A stretch of 64,000 nucleotides of DNA from Camelus ferus (lineage: Eukaryota). Positions 1 through 11,924 of the stretch are shown piece by piece; positions within the stretch are counted from its first letter, which is position 1; the number at the start of each line of letters is the position of its first letter. Location: NCBI RefSeq assembly GCF_009834535.1, contig NC_045698.1:3040001-3104000 (forward strand), read 5' to 3'. The notes under the pieces are model-generated. The model had not been told where the DNA came from. It saw nothing but the letters and a program-made list of their open reading frames with translations, and searched no databases. Made by a program: the position numbers and the translations under genes.

Positions 1-339
1 GAACCTAGACTTCGTTTCTCCACCAGTTGCAAATTCAACATTTACGTACCCTGCTTATTGTGTTGCATCTTGCTAAAACAGAATCTGAAAGTTATGTGCG
101 CAAACATATGATGTATATATTGAAGAACACCTGCTTCTTGCATGGGGAGCTTACATGTCACAAAGCAGCACGCCTTCCCAGTCTCACTCATACACGGAAT
201 GACGTCTTAATAGTGTGCCACTGGCATTTTAAAAAACACATCAAACATTATTCTAAAGCTTATCAAAAAAAAAAGAAGCATACAAAAATGGGCATGAGCA
301 TTAAAAAAAGGAAAGTAGAAAGAGTATGACATGACTTTC

Positions 340-1108
340 TGGATACTAAAATACATTTTTAAAGCTAAATAATTAAAATGTTAGGATCCAGAATAGTCGC
401 AGCAATAGATGGCGAGATTAGAGGAATTGAATGAGAATCTAAAAACAGACCCAATTTGTACACAGATCTAATATTTGACAGAAATGGCCTTTCAGCTCTG
501 GGGAAAATGTGAACTTTCAATAAATGATGTTCATTCAACTGACAAATATTTTTAAAAAAATTAATGTAGAAACCTCCTCATTCCTTAAGTGGAAAAAAGT
601 TCCAAGTGAAAACACAGAAATTTTGTATTTTATGTTCTACATTAAAAACAAAAAGAACAAAAATTATATATCAGGTGCATATTATAGCTCAGTCAATATG
701 TGTTAAAATAATTCAAACATACGCTCTTAGAGTAATGGTAGATAATCTAGTAAAGACCAAGAATTATACCCTCCTTCAAACATAAAAAATATGGGGAAAT
801 ACATAATACTTATGTACGGGAGAAATAACTAAAGCAAAGTTAAAAGAGAAGCGGGGAACTGAAAAGCAACAAACAACAAAGATTCACCAACCAGTTTCTA
901 AAATGTTCTTACTGATTTTAACAGAAAACTCACATGTCAATACCAGCAAAAGGAAACGGGGAAAGAACAGCAGACAGTGATTCACAAGGGAAAAAACAGA
1001 CATGTAAGTGGACAAAGCATTTGTGGAAAGACATTTCATCCTAGAGGTAACCATAAAAATGCAAATGAAAATAAAGAGAGATGTTTTGGGTTTATGTTAG
1101 CAAAGGTT
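340..1108 (+). mobile_element. Ancient, decayed L1 (L1M/L1ME-like) ORF2 3' region; continues after the young L1 at about 2190-2700
   Basis: A-rich + strand with degraded ORF2 motifs (aaacagacccaatttgtacacagatctaatatttgacagaaatggc; ctttcaataaatgatgttc; ccagcaaaaggaaacggggaaagaacag). Confidence 0.6.
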
Positions 1109-1133
1109 AAAAATGGTAGAAAAAAAAGAAAAG

Positions 1134-2180
1134 TTTGTTTAAGTCTTCTGCCCATTTTTTGACTGAGTTATTTGTGTTTTTATTATTTGAAAATGAGCAG
1201 AAGACTTAAACAAACATTTCTCCGATGAAGACATACAAATAGACATACGAAAAAAAAAATGACCAATTCCACTAATTATCAGATAAATGAAAATCAAAAC
1301 TATAATGAGGTATCACCTCACACCAGTCAGAATGACCATCATTAAAAAATCCACAAATGACAAATGCTGGAGAGGGTGTGGAGAAAAGGGGAACCCTCCT
1401 ACACTGCTGGCGGGAATGCAGTTTGCTGCAGCCATTATGGAAACAGTACAGAGATTCCTCAAGAAACTAAAAATAGACTTACTATATGATCAAGCAACCT
1501 CTCTCTCCTGGGCATGAATCTGGAGGGAAATCTAATTCAAAAAGACACCTGCACCCCAATGTTCATAGCAGCACCATTTACAATAGCCAAGACATGGAAG
1601 CAACCTAAATGTCCATCAGCAGGTGACTGAATAAAGGATATGTGGTGTATGTATGTGTGTGTGTATATACACACATACACACGCATATGCATAAAATGGA
1701 CTATTACTCAGCCATAAAAAAAGAATAAAATAATGCCATTTGCAGCAACATGGATGGACTTAAAGATCATCCATCTAAGGGAAGTAAGCCAGAAAGAGAA
1801 AGAAAAACACCATATGATTTCACTTATATGTAGAATCTAAAAAAAAAGACACAAACAAACTTATTTACAAAACAGAGACAGACTCACAGACATAGAAAAC
1901 AACTTATGGTTACCAGGGAGGAAAGGGGATTGGGAGAAATAAATTGGGAGTTTGGGATGTGCAGATGTTAACCACCATATAGAAAACAGATAAACAACAA
2001 GGTCCTACTGCACAGCACAGGGAACTATATTCAATACTTTGTAATAGCCTACAGTGAAAAAGAACATGAAAAGGAATATATATGTATGTATATAATCTTT
2101 TGAATATATATATAAAACTGAATCACTGTGCTGTGCACTAGAAATTAACACATTGTAAATCAACTATACTTCAATAAAAA
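1134..2180 (+). mobile_element. Young 5'-truncated L1 (ORF2 C-terminus + 3' UTR + poly-A) with a short 5' inversion
   Basis: ORF 1287-1517 (MRYHLTPVRMTIIKKSTNDKCWRGCGEKG) is the L1 ORF2 C-terminal segment. The 3' UTR ends ttcaataaaaa. 1134-1188 is antisense L1. TSD-like aaaaatggta at 1109 and 2176 follows a TT/AAAA endonuclease site. Confidence 0.95.
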
Positions 2181-3899
2181 ATGGTAAAAAAACACAAGAA
2201 TGTTAAGGATAATTTCATTTATAAAAAAATTCAGTGCCAATTATTCGGGCACTGGGCGAGTTTTGGAAAGACTGAAAAAAATGTACCATGTGTTAGAAAT
2301 GAGCACGTGCGGCTTCTAACAGGGACACACATTTGAATGGCTTTCTGGAACATAGTTTTAGAGACATCAAGGGTGGAAAACCTAAGCTTGAGCAGTTGTC
2401 CTTCTGGGAATGGATTCTAACAAAACACTCACAGGTAAGTTCATCACAGCTTTGGTTGACACATGAAGAAAAAGAAAGAGACTTAAAAAAATAAAGAATT
2501 GTAATCATAATAAACACTCATTGATAAAACGATTTCCTAACTAAATTCAATTATACACCATCCTTAAAATGCAACTAGATGCAGCCATTAAATGAAAGTC
2601 ACAGGTTTTTTGTAACAATTGAACCATATATGTGGGACACTAGTTAATAAGTGACTGTGTGTTAGCAAGTGCCTACATGGCACGCCTCTGTCTGTGGGCG
2701 TCGGCGTGGGCAGACTACCGAGTGTGACCCGCACCAGCGTGAACAGACACACTGCGGAGCTGCGCTTCACCGCATGTGGGCAAACAGGGCTTTCAGAAAG
2801 AGGACAAATGTGCTTCCCTGTAACAGATACCAAAAAAAAGGAAGAAAAGAAAGTAACATTTTCCTTTCAGTAGCTTAGTTTTGTCACCTTGAGCCCATAC
2901 GGTCAACGTGTGTGATGGTCGGGCTGGGCTGCCCGGGAGCCTGTAAGTGGTACCCAGATCACCCCGGTGGACTGTGCGAGTCTATCTTTTTTGAGGGGAG
3001 TGAAACTCTCTTCTGAGAAAAACGCCCTTCTTTTAATCTTCTGAATGTAAACTTTCAAATCTGGGAGGAAAAAAAGTCATGGACTCAAGACAGCAGAGAG
3101 CAGGTGCGTGACAGTTAGCGGCTTTGGGATAAGAGAGACGGGGCACCCCCCCACCGGGGAGGAAGTGCCAGCTCCCCACAGCTGACTGCGAGATGGTCCA
3201 CGAGGACGTCGGTCTGGGTTGTCCTCCTCTGAGAATGACCTGCAGGCGCGTGTGAGAAGGTGTCAGGAAGGAGCGTCTGGGGACCGGTCTCTGCATGGAT
3301 CCCACCTGACCACCCGCGTCTTGACTACCCACCACTTCTCAGTCGAAAATCATTTTTAGTAAAACAGTAAGGAAGTGTCTGGAATGACACTGACGAGTGT
3401 CACGAGGGGAACCGATTTAGATCGCTGGTGAACTTGACGCATGAGTTTGAATACACAGAATCATAGGGGAAAAGGTTCTAGGAAACAGACTACGGCCCCA
3501 CAAGCAGCTTCACGGCTTTGAGGCCCCTTACGTGCTGTGTAATTATCTTCAGATTACAACCCTGCTTCAAACTGGTATTCTTTCTGTTATAACATTTCTA
3601 TCCAACAGAAATTTGTTCACAATTACATTCAGGTTTAGTTAAATAGCATAATTGTCTTTAGGAAATAAAAATCGGCTTCACAGAGCAGATGTCTCCAGGG
3701 CCCCAAACTTGAGGGCTGGAAGAATTGTTTGAATATTACCAAGAAGCACTGCTGAAAGGGAGGGCCGCTGTCCAGAGCCACGGGGCTGGCCCAGATGTGC
3801 CCGAGGTCTCTGAGGGGTTCTGGGCTCCAGGAGGAAGGCTGACAGCACGGGGTCCACACACCCCACCTCACAGGCTCTGACCACATGGCAGACACTTGT

Positions 3900-4150
3900 T
3901 TAAGAGCAAGCTACTTACCCTCTCCCTGCAAATGACTCTGCCTCTCTGTTCTTCAGTTTCCTTGTCTGTGCAGCATAGGAGAAGTGGCCACAATAGCAAT
4001 CATTACTATTACTGTCGTCATTGTCACTGTTGTTATTATTATTATACTGTTTACCTTACGGGACTGCGATGAAGACTAGAGGAGATGGGACGTCGGATGA
4101 GCTCACATAAGTGATACTGACTTATCGTAGGCAAAATCATACAGGTGTTC
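3900..4150 (+). mobile_element. MIR SINE with internal low-complexity expansion
   Basis: Core gcaaatgactctgcctctctgttcttcagtttccttgtctgt, then taccttacgggactgcgatgaagactaga. Confidence 0.6.
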
Positions 4151-5880
4151 AAGTGTTGCTAAATGTTTTAAAAAGATAATTATATTAAAAAAAAAGATCC
4201 TATTTTTGGACTACCTGGCTCAAAAAATCTAACTCTAGGAAAATTTCTGGTAAAATCCTAACCGCCTTCCTGGGAGCACTTTGCCAGACTCGCAGGCGCA
4301 GAGCAAGGCGGTGAACTAGCCGCTTGGGTTTTACAGATTATAGTTGAAAACTGATAAAACCGCAGGCTTGTTGAATTTTGTGGCTTGTTCCAATGGGCTT
4401 CTTCCCCTTGAGTTTCATGTCTAGACGACACCCTCTCCTGTGGTTCCAAAGCTGATGGAGAGCTTGGCCCATGGGACAGAAATCAGAGAATCAAGCCAGT
4501 TCCACCCGGGGAAGAGTTCACGCAAAACAGGACCCCAGGCAGGCCCCGGGCCGGACGCAGGCCAGGCCTTTCCTCCGCCTCCGGAGTCCCTCTTCCACAG
4601 GGGGTTCCCGCAAGTGCTTCCGTCATAGCATCTGAATGTCGCTAACAACGAGCGGCTGTTGTTAAACAGCAACACATGCTGTTCCTCGCACTCATCACAG
4701 AGCTTTGTGAGGCTGACGTCACAATCTCTAGCAACCACAAGAGACCACCGATTACTGGAGAAGTTTGTTCTAAATTTTGTACCATCCGAAGGGTGCAGCC
4801 TGGGCTGCAAAGCGGGCTTTATGATGTAAGTCACTTCCCACTTTGCTGCCAAAGAGCTCTCGTGCTTTGACATCCAAGAATGTTCTGAGTCTTTCGATTC
4901 CAGTCGTTTATTGTTGTTGATGAGTTTCCTTGACATTGTCGTGGATCCCGTGACGACCTCGCAGGAACCGGAATTCTGTAGAAGTCAGCAAAATGATCGT
5001 CACTCGGAGCCATAATTTCCCTGATTTCCATAAAAAGAATTATTCAACAGATGACATATTTTAAAATGTTTTTAAAGAGTTTTAAAAGTCTGTCAGGCCA
5101 GATTACCTATGAAAATACGATCATTGTTTTAATCTAAGAAAAACCGTGTGTTGAACTGCTGATGTCTCCAAAAGAGGTGATCATCAAGATATTTTTTTCC
5201 TACAAAGCAGCAAATATAGGGATGCCTTGGTGAATTTTGAGCTCTGTTAACCCTACTGGATGCTTGAGAATGTTTGGGCATCAGTAGCTTGTCAAATAGG
5301 AACACTGAGATTAAAGCTTTAAGATTTAACCCTCAGATTAAAGCATCCTTCAGAGGATTGGCTAGAAAAAAGCAGAACATATTGTTTTGATATTTTGTGA
5401 AATAGTCAATCAAACAATGCACAGTTTGGGGGTGACTTTGTGCCCCATCCAGCATGATGCACTGTAAGGTCTCACTGCCGCCAGGGCTCCCGTCTCTGGG
5501 ATGTGTCCCCGGGTCTCCCTCCCTGACCTGTCAGAGGATGGGGCACATCCTAATGCAGGTGGTTGAGTAGCTGGGCCAGGAAACAGTGTTGGGGACACAG
5601 GACAGGGGATGTCATCTCTTCCTAACACTGCGGCTTTACCCGACAATGTGTGAATGAGGAGGAATTTCACACCCTCTTTGGCGAGGAAAAATAACACAGA
5701 GTCATTCTGTGCTGGGAGGGTAATGTGTCCTGACGGGACCCAGGAGAAGGCTGGGCAGTGGGCTCCCTCCCTCACCTGTGACCTTGAAATGCTGCGGGAA
5801 AGCTGGAGAGAAAAGCAATTTCATCTTTGAAATTACCCACCACTGTCCTCATTCATCTTGATAAGCACTTTTAAGGAACC

Positions 5881-5932
5881 AAAAAAAAAAAAAAAAGAGA
5901 GAGAGAGAGAGGGAGGGAGGGAGGGAGGGAGA
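5881..5932 (+). repeat. Compound polypurine tract A16-(GA)7-(GGGA)5
   Basis: Read directly from the sequence. Confidence 0.95.
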
Positions 5933-6413
5933 TGTGTTGCTTCTATAAGGGTTATGGAGACCTTCCTTCCAGAGTCGTTTTAAAGTAATTTTAGATGTTC
6001 AAAGATGCACTTGATTTCTATTGTGAGGCTAAATTGACCACTTTTAGGAGGTTGGAAAAAAGAAGGAAGAAAAGGACAGACACCAAAGAAGAAAGAGTGG
6101 GAGAAAATGGATTGAAAAATAAAATGATTTTGGATCCCATGTTTAAAACAAATTTAAAAAGAATAGTTATGAAATGAACTGTACTCTGGAATGTGCTGTC
6201 AGCCATCACTGTGTGTTGACTCAACAGATGTTTTCATTAATGATTGGTCACTGTTTAAATGATCCTCCAGAAACACTATGTCAATGAACACACGTTACCA
6301 AATGCCGGTAATAATAGGTTAAATAAGGGAATTAATACTGTGATGACAACATTAAGACATGAAATAATTTTCTCATCAAAAAATAACTAAGTATAAATTT
6401 TGAAATGTATTCT

Positions 6414-6839
6414 TTTTTTAACATTTTTATTGATTTATAATCATTTTACAATGTCATGTCAAGTTCCAGTGTAGAGCACAGTTTTTCAGTTACACATGAA
6501 CATGTATACATTTATTGTCACATTTTTTTATTCTGGGATCTACCATAGATCTTGTATATATTTCCCTGTGCTATACAGTATAATCTTGTTTATCTATTCT
6601 ACAATTCTGAAATCCCATCTATCCCTTCCCACCCTCCACCCCCTTGGCAACCACAAGTTTGTACTCTATGTCTATGAGTCTGTTTCTGTTTTGTATTTAT
6701 GCTTTTGTTTTTGTTTTTTAGATTCCACATATGAGCGATCTCATATGGTATTTTTCTTTCTCTTTCTGGCTTACTTCACTTAGAATGACATTCTCCAGGA
6801 ACATCTATGTTGCTGCAAATGGCGTTACGTTGTTGGTTA
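6414..6839 (-). mobile_element. Young 5'-truncated L1 3' end
   Basis: Starts with a T tract and tttattg (antisense poly-A signal), followed by antisense L1 3' UTR and ORF2 end. Exact 11-bp TSD aaatgtattct at 6403-6413 and 6840-6850. Confidence 0.93.
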
Positions 6840-7958
6840 AAATGTATTCTGATTATGACATTTATTTAAACATAAAGCTACCATCTGTTTTGTCCTCATA
6901 TGTCCAATTGTGTTAACTTTGTGTGTGTGTGTAGCCTTTGTGTTGAGAATAACCTCTATCGGTCACCAGTGTAATGACCAAGTCCTTAACCCCCACGGGG
7001 CTTGGGCCTCTCCCCAGCCCGCAAAGTAATGGCTGCCTTCCACAAAATCCGCTCTCCTCCCCAAGGTCTGGAGAGCTTCCACTGTGATAGGAATAGTTCT
7101 TCCCTCTTCGGAATCCAGCACTTGATAATGCCCCCTCCCCCGTTATCACAAGCGCTTCCTGTGAGAAAAAAAAGCGAGAGCTAAGGTTTGAAGCCCAAGA
7201 GGAAGGCACGCCAGGCAGGAACGAAGAGCGAGGGCAGCAGGACTCGGGTGGGAAGGGGAGTGTCTCCTGCTGCCGGAGCAAGAGCCGGCGGTGCCGGGCG
7301 AGGAGGATCCAGGCGAGCCCGGGACTCACGCTGAGCCCAGGAGAACATCAACACCCAGAACCCCCACCGTCTCTAAGAAGGAAGGCCACGGGGCTGTGTT
7401 AGGACGTTCCTAGCGGTGAGCAGGTGGCCTTCAAACACCATCCTTTTCTTCACTGAGGACCCCGTCAGGAGCGTTACTGGAAGGAACCGCGTGGCCTCGC
7501 CATGGTTAACAGCCACGCAGAACCCAGGGTGACAACTCCCCAGAATCTGCCCCTGCCCTGCACCACCTTGTCCCGTGCTTGAGGGGGTGGGGAACACGGT
7601 CTGTGAGGGCTGCACGTGAGAGACAGCGATAGAGAACAAAGCTCCCGCTGGGCATTGGAGTCTTCAACCGCGTGTACAGAGCCAGGAGGGGGGCGGGTCT
7701 TCTCCCAGCAAGGCTGTCCTGTCTCCAGGCGCTTCCTGCCTGCACCTCAGTGACAGCCCTTCGCCTGTGGTGCCCACGTCGGGGGCACGTTTGCACACGT
7801 GAGTTCGCTGTCCAGACACAGAAAGGCCCTCATGCCACGGCCAGGAGGGCAGGAGGGTGTTCATGTCACCAACAGGCTGGTCAACAACATCTCAGAGAAA
7901 TGGGGGTCTGTGAGCGCACCAGCCCGACTTCCTGCGTGCTGGTGCGTCCCTGAACCTT

Positions 7959-7977
7959 CCACCTCCAGAGGGCGTCC
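7959..7977 (+). promoter_or_regulatory. Candidate CTCF-binding motif
   Basis: ccacctccagagggcgtcc resembles the core CC(A/T)CCAG(A/G)GGGCG. Motif match only. Confidence 0.4.
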
Positions 7978-9389
7978 TCATGAGCTTGGAGAGAACGCAA
8001 CGTCATTTTCGCAGATTGCTACACGGATCCTTCCTCCACCAGACACAAGCTTTGGGATTTGGGGCAAACTACAAACCCCTTTACTCTCTCTTCTTTTTTT
8101 TGCACAGGAGGGATGAACTTGGTAGATACCACGCCAGGTCCTATAGGTGTGAAATGTTTGGGATGATGTGTGATGTGGGTTCACGCTAAGAGCATCGCTG
8201 TTTCTCTTACAGGGATACACAACCCAGAAAAACCCCTTGCATGAGAAAATTGCTCCTGATTCCATCTTCTCACACTCAGAACTTCGAGTGCAATGCTGGA
8301 ACAGCTGCAGCCAAGGTAAAGACCACTGCGATCAGAAGGTTAACCACAGCTGGGGTGGGGGAACTCAGGCACGTGAGCGGTTTGTCCCACCGTGTTTTGA
8401 CATCCGCAATCCAAACGCTCCACCTCCTTCATCTATTGGCATCCGTTACTCTGCGAGGGAGTGCGTGTGCGTGTGTGCCGATACACGTACACACATTCAC
8501 TCTAGAGGTTGTGGATTCACTACTCAAAAATGTTTACTTGAATTTAATCAGCTGTTTCATTCAGTCCTGTCTTGTCTGCTTCAAGGACTTTAGATTTGAA
8601 CTGAGAAGGAGAACATTTGCTGGAATTCACCTAAGGAGAACAGACACCCTTCAGAAACACGGGGAGTGGGGGGCGTGGGATTAAGGTCCAGCGTGCAGGA
8701 GGGCGCATCTGACGCAGTAAGGAAAAGGTGCAGCCTTCGTCCACTCCCCTGCTTACTCTGGGAATTCCCCAGTTGCTTTGTCTGAGATTACTTTTGGCAC
8801 CTCCAAATTTCCAAGAAAATCTCCCCCCAGGAGCAAAATAACGAGTGCTATTTACTGTTAGGGGAGAATTTACTTTGTCTTTGAAGCTAATTATCCTTTT
8901 GAAAATGTAGGGAGCCACTCTCTCTTTTAAAATCACTGAGAACGCCTTCCAAGATCTCTAGATTTGCATGGTTTACAGATGGCAGACATCCACTGATGAG
9001 TAACTCATGCCACAATTAAGAGTCTCAAATGTGAAGAGCAGATTCTTTCACTCTTAGAGTCCTGAAGCTGGTGAGACAAGCTCTTTGTTAGTTGAAAGAG
9101 GAGATAATCTATACTGTAGATTGAAGTCAAGAGATTTAGGGAAAAAGCTGACTTATTGGGTACTGGGTCTTAACTTAATATTCCTAGAGCAGGATTAACA
9201 CTCAAGGGGATATTTTCAATAATATTTAAAAATTAAGTTCTCCACTTAAGTTACTCATGAATTAACTCATCTTGGTAAATGATTAAAGTCAGAAGGTATT
9301 GAGTATTTGATTTCAGGAAAAACTCAGCAAGTGTGCACAACGTATGAAACAAGATTATTACTAATGATTTGACCTTGTGTTGTATTCCT

Positions 9390-9803
9390 GTGCCACTAAT
9401 GCAGACCCTCACTCAAAGTGGGGTTTAATTGTTGCAGGGGCACAGAAGTGACCAGTGGACGAGGGTGTACCAGTGGACGAGAATAGACTTGCCTGTGCAG
9501 ACTGGATGTTGGAGACGTGTGGTGTAAGGAGCGGGAACAAGTGTGTGGGATCGGGGCGCCACAGCTGAGTGCCACTGACGGCCCGTTGGGAGACAAAGGA
9601 CAGTGGAGGGAGAGTCAGCCAGACAGGTCCTTTGATTTCAGACAAGGCACCTGTCATCTCTTGGAGGAGATGAACGGAAAATGCTAAAGACTAAGTCCTG
9701 GACCTAATAATTTGTCTACACTTCAAAAAAGTTCCAACATCCAACCACAGTTATTCTGGGTTGCCAAGTTAGGGCCCTGGTTGGAAAAATCTGGGACCCC
9801 GGC
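9390..9803 (+). mobile_element. ERV-L-class internal sequence, gag remnant
   Basis: 9765-9800 translates QVRALVGKIWDP, resembling ERV-L gag KVRALIGKEWDP. The 5' boundary is uncertain. Confidence 0.7.
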
Positions 9804-10007
9804 TGTCTTGAGTCAACTCAAGCTGCAGTTACAAAATATCACAGACTGGGTGACGTAAATAGCACAGGGCAGCTTGTCACAGTTCTTCAGGCTGGAAGTC
9901 CACCCCAAGGCGTTGGCCAGTTTTGTTCCTGGTGCGTCTCTCTTCCTGGTTTTCCGTTGGCTGCCTCCTTGCTGTGTCCTCGTGTGGTCTTTCCTCAGTG
10001 TGTGCAA
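9804..10007 (-). mobile_element. MaLR LTR fragment (MLT1A-C-like) nested in the ERV-L remnant
   Basis: Antisense MLT1 motifs: gctgcagttacaaaatatcacagactgggtgacgtaaa; tcacagttcttcaggctggaagtcc; ccttgctgtgtcctcgtgtgg. Confidence 0.85.
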
Positions 10008-10009
10008 GG

Positions 10010-11325
10010 TCACTGCCTTGACCTTGACCTGTTACAGTGATGGCATCGTGTGGATCAGACCAGGTGAGCAACAGGTGGCAAAAATGCATAAGCCTTTGAT
10101 AAGTGACCTGACCTCCTGAGGTCGGGGGATAAACCTCCAAAGATTCAGAGAACTCCTCCACCCAAAAACATTTTAGGAGACTGGTGATCAGGGCCATGCT
10201 AGGGTAAATGGCAGCATCTTACACTCCCTCCCACAGGAAGGAAGAAGCACCGTGCCTGGTGGACGTGTTCAATGCCTGTAAACCATGCATCCAGAACTGA
10301 GTGCTGTCAGGCCCACTGAAGGCCCAGGTCAGGCAGAGCCAGAGAACTGTACCTAGTGATGGAAATGGTCAATCTGGGATAGAATATGCGCAGAAGCAGG
10401 TCTCCCAGACCACAGTGACGCTCAGCGCTGCTGCTCCAGAGGCCTCCCGTCGCTCACACCTGTGGCCCTGTGGGAGCTCCTGTGACCAAATCAAGAAGGA
10501 GGGGAAACTCTGCACCTGATGTATGTGTGTGTTCATGAGTCCAAGTGTCCCACTCACTACTCACATGGCTTTGAAAAAAGAGTAACAAGGGAAACTATCT
10601 CAATGGGAAAAGCTTCAGCAGTGACCTTGGTCGTCCCCCTCCTGTGGAAAGAGAAAGGGCCCAAGAGCATATGTGTGGACTCATGGACAGTGACCACTGG
10701 ACTAGCCAGCTGGTCCTTACCTAGAAGGAGAAAAAAAATTAGAAGGTCAGAGAAGAAGGCCTGTGGCAGACGCATGGGGATGAACACATAGAGGTGGGCA
10801 CAGGCCTGAAGAGCTGTGTGTCACATATCAATTTCCATCAGAAAGCATTCAGGGAAGAGGTGTTACAAAGAAAAATAACAGAAAAAAGAGCCTGGTCAGC
10901 TGGCACCAGTGTCCCATCCTTGTGCTGACACAGTGGACACATGAATAAGGATGGAGTTTATCACGTGCCAACAGCGTGGACTCTGCTGACCGAGGCGGAC
11001 TGGCTATTGCTGCAGGTGACGTCAGCCCACCAGCCTCAGAGACCAGCACTGAGGCTCCGATACGCCAACATTCTGGAGGCCAAATGGAACAAGGGGTCTA
11101 CACTGCACCCCATCCAGGCTGATGGGACAGCAGTTCACTCCCACTGAGTAGACAGTGTTCTGGATGTGAGCTTGCCTTTGTTGCACCACAGTCCTGGGCC
11201 TTCAGAAGGTCTGACCTGCCTGGATCCCACATGACACCCTACAAATCAAGGAGGTCCTTTCAGCACCAGAGTCCAGGGATGGACTCAAGACTATCGTGTC
11301 ATCTGGAGACCACTGTTCCTCAGAG
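10010..11325 (+). mobile_element. ERV-L-class pol remnant (RT, RNase H, integrase), heavily disrupted
   Basis: YSDGIVWIRPGEQQVA resembles RT YIDDIMLIGPSEQEVA. WKEKGPKSICVDSWTVTTGLASWS resembles RNase H WKEKWPDVRLYTDSWAVANGLAGWS. QRPALRLRYANI resembles integrase QRPTLSPRYGTI. The motifs are collinear, with many stops and frameshifts. Confidence 0.88.
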
Positions 11326-11326
11326 A

Positions 11327-11924
11327 GGGCATAGATCTGGAAAAAACTCTAATTCAAAGAGATACATGCACCCCAGTGTTCACAGCAGCACTATTTACAA
11401 CAGCCAAGACATGGAAACAAACTGAATGTCCATTGACAGATGACTGGGTAAAGAAATTGTGGTGCATTTATACAATGGAATACTACTCAGCCACAAAAAT
11501 AATCAATAATGCCATTTGCAGCAACATAGATGGAATGGAGATTGTCATTCTAAGTGAAGTAAGTCAGAAAGAGAAAGGCAAATATCATATAATTCATATG
11601 TGGAATTTAAAAAAAGAAAAAAGAAGACACAAATGAACTCATTTACAAAACATAGCAAATAACCTCATGGTTACTGGGGGAAAGGGGGTGGGAAGGGATA
11701 CATATGGGAGTTTGAGATTTGCAAATGTTAGCCACTATATATACAAACAGATTTTAAAAAACGAATTTCTTCTGTATAGCACAGGGAACTAAATCCAATA
11801 TCTTGTAATAACCTTTAATGGAAAAGAATATGAAAATGAATATATATGTATATGCATAACTGGAACATTGTGTTGTACATCAGAATTTGACACATTTTAA
11901 CTGACTATACTTCAATAAAAAAAC
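11327..11924 (+). mobile_element. L1 ORF2 end + 3' UTR + poly-A
   Basis: ORF 11376-11636 (MFTAALFTTAKTWKQTECPLTDDWVKKLWCIYTMEYYSA) is the ORF2 C-terminus. Ends ttcaataaaaaaa. Confidence 0.95.

Noticed and set aside
1287..1517. L1 ORF2-like ORFs (also 11376-11636, 57887-58114)
   Set aside because: Fragments of truncated retrotransposons, not functional CDS.
2425..2440. Consensus donor CAG/GTAAGT
   Set aside because: Lies within decayed L1 sequence with no supported exon.
3385..3402. Hairpin tgacact-gacg-agtgtca
   Set aside because: A single 7-bp stem is expected by chance.
4421..5031. 171-aa and 66-aa minus-strand ORFs
   Set aside because: No recognisable homology and no convincing exon structure with partner exons. 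Retained only as a regulatory candidate.
9451..9481. Direct repeat accagtggacgag x2; similar micro-duplications at 29846-29880 and about 46490-46520
   Set aside because: Two-copy slippage duplications with no spacer array. Not CRISPR-like.
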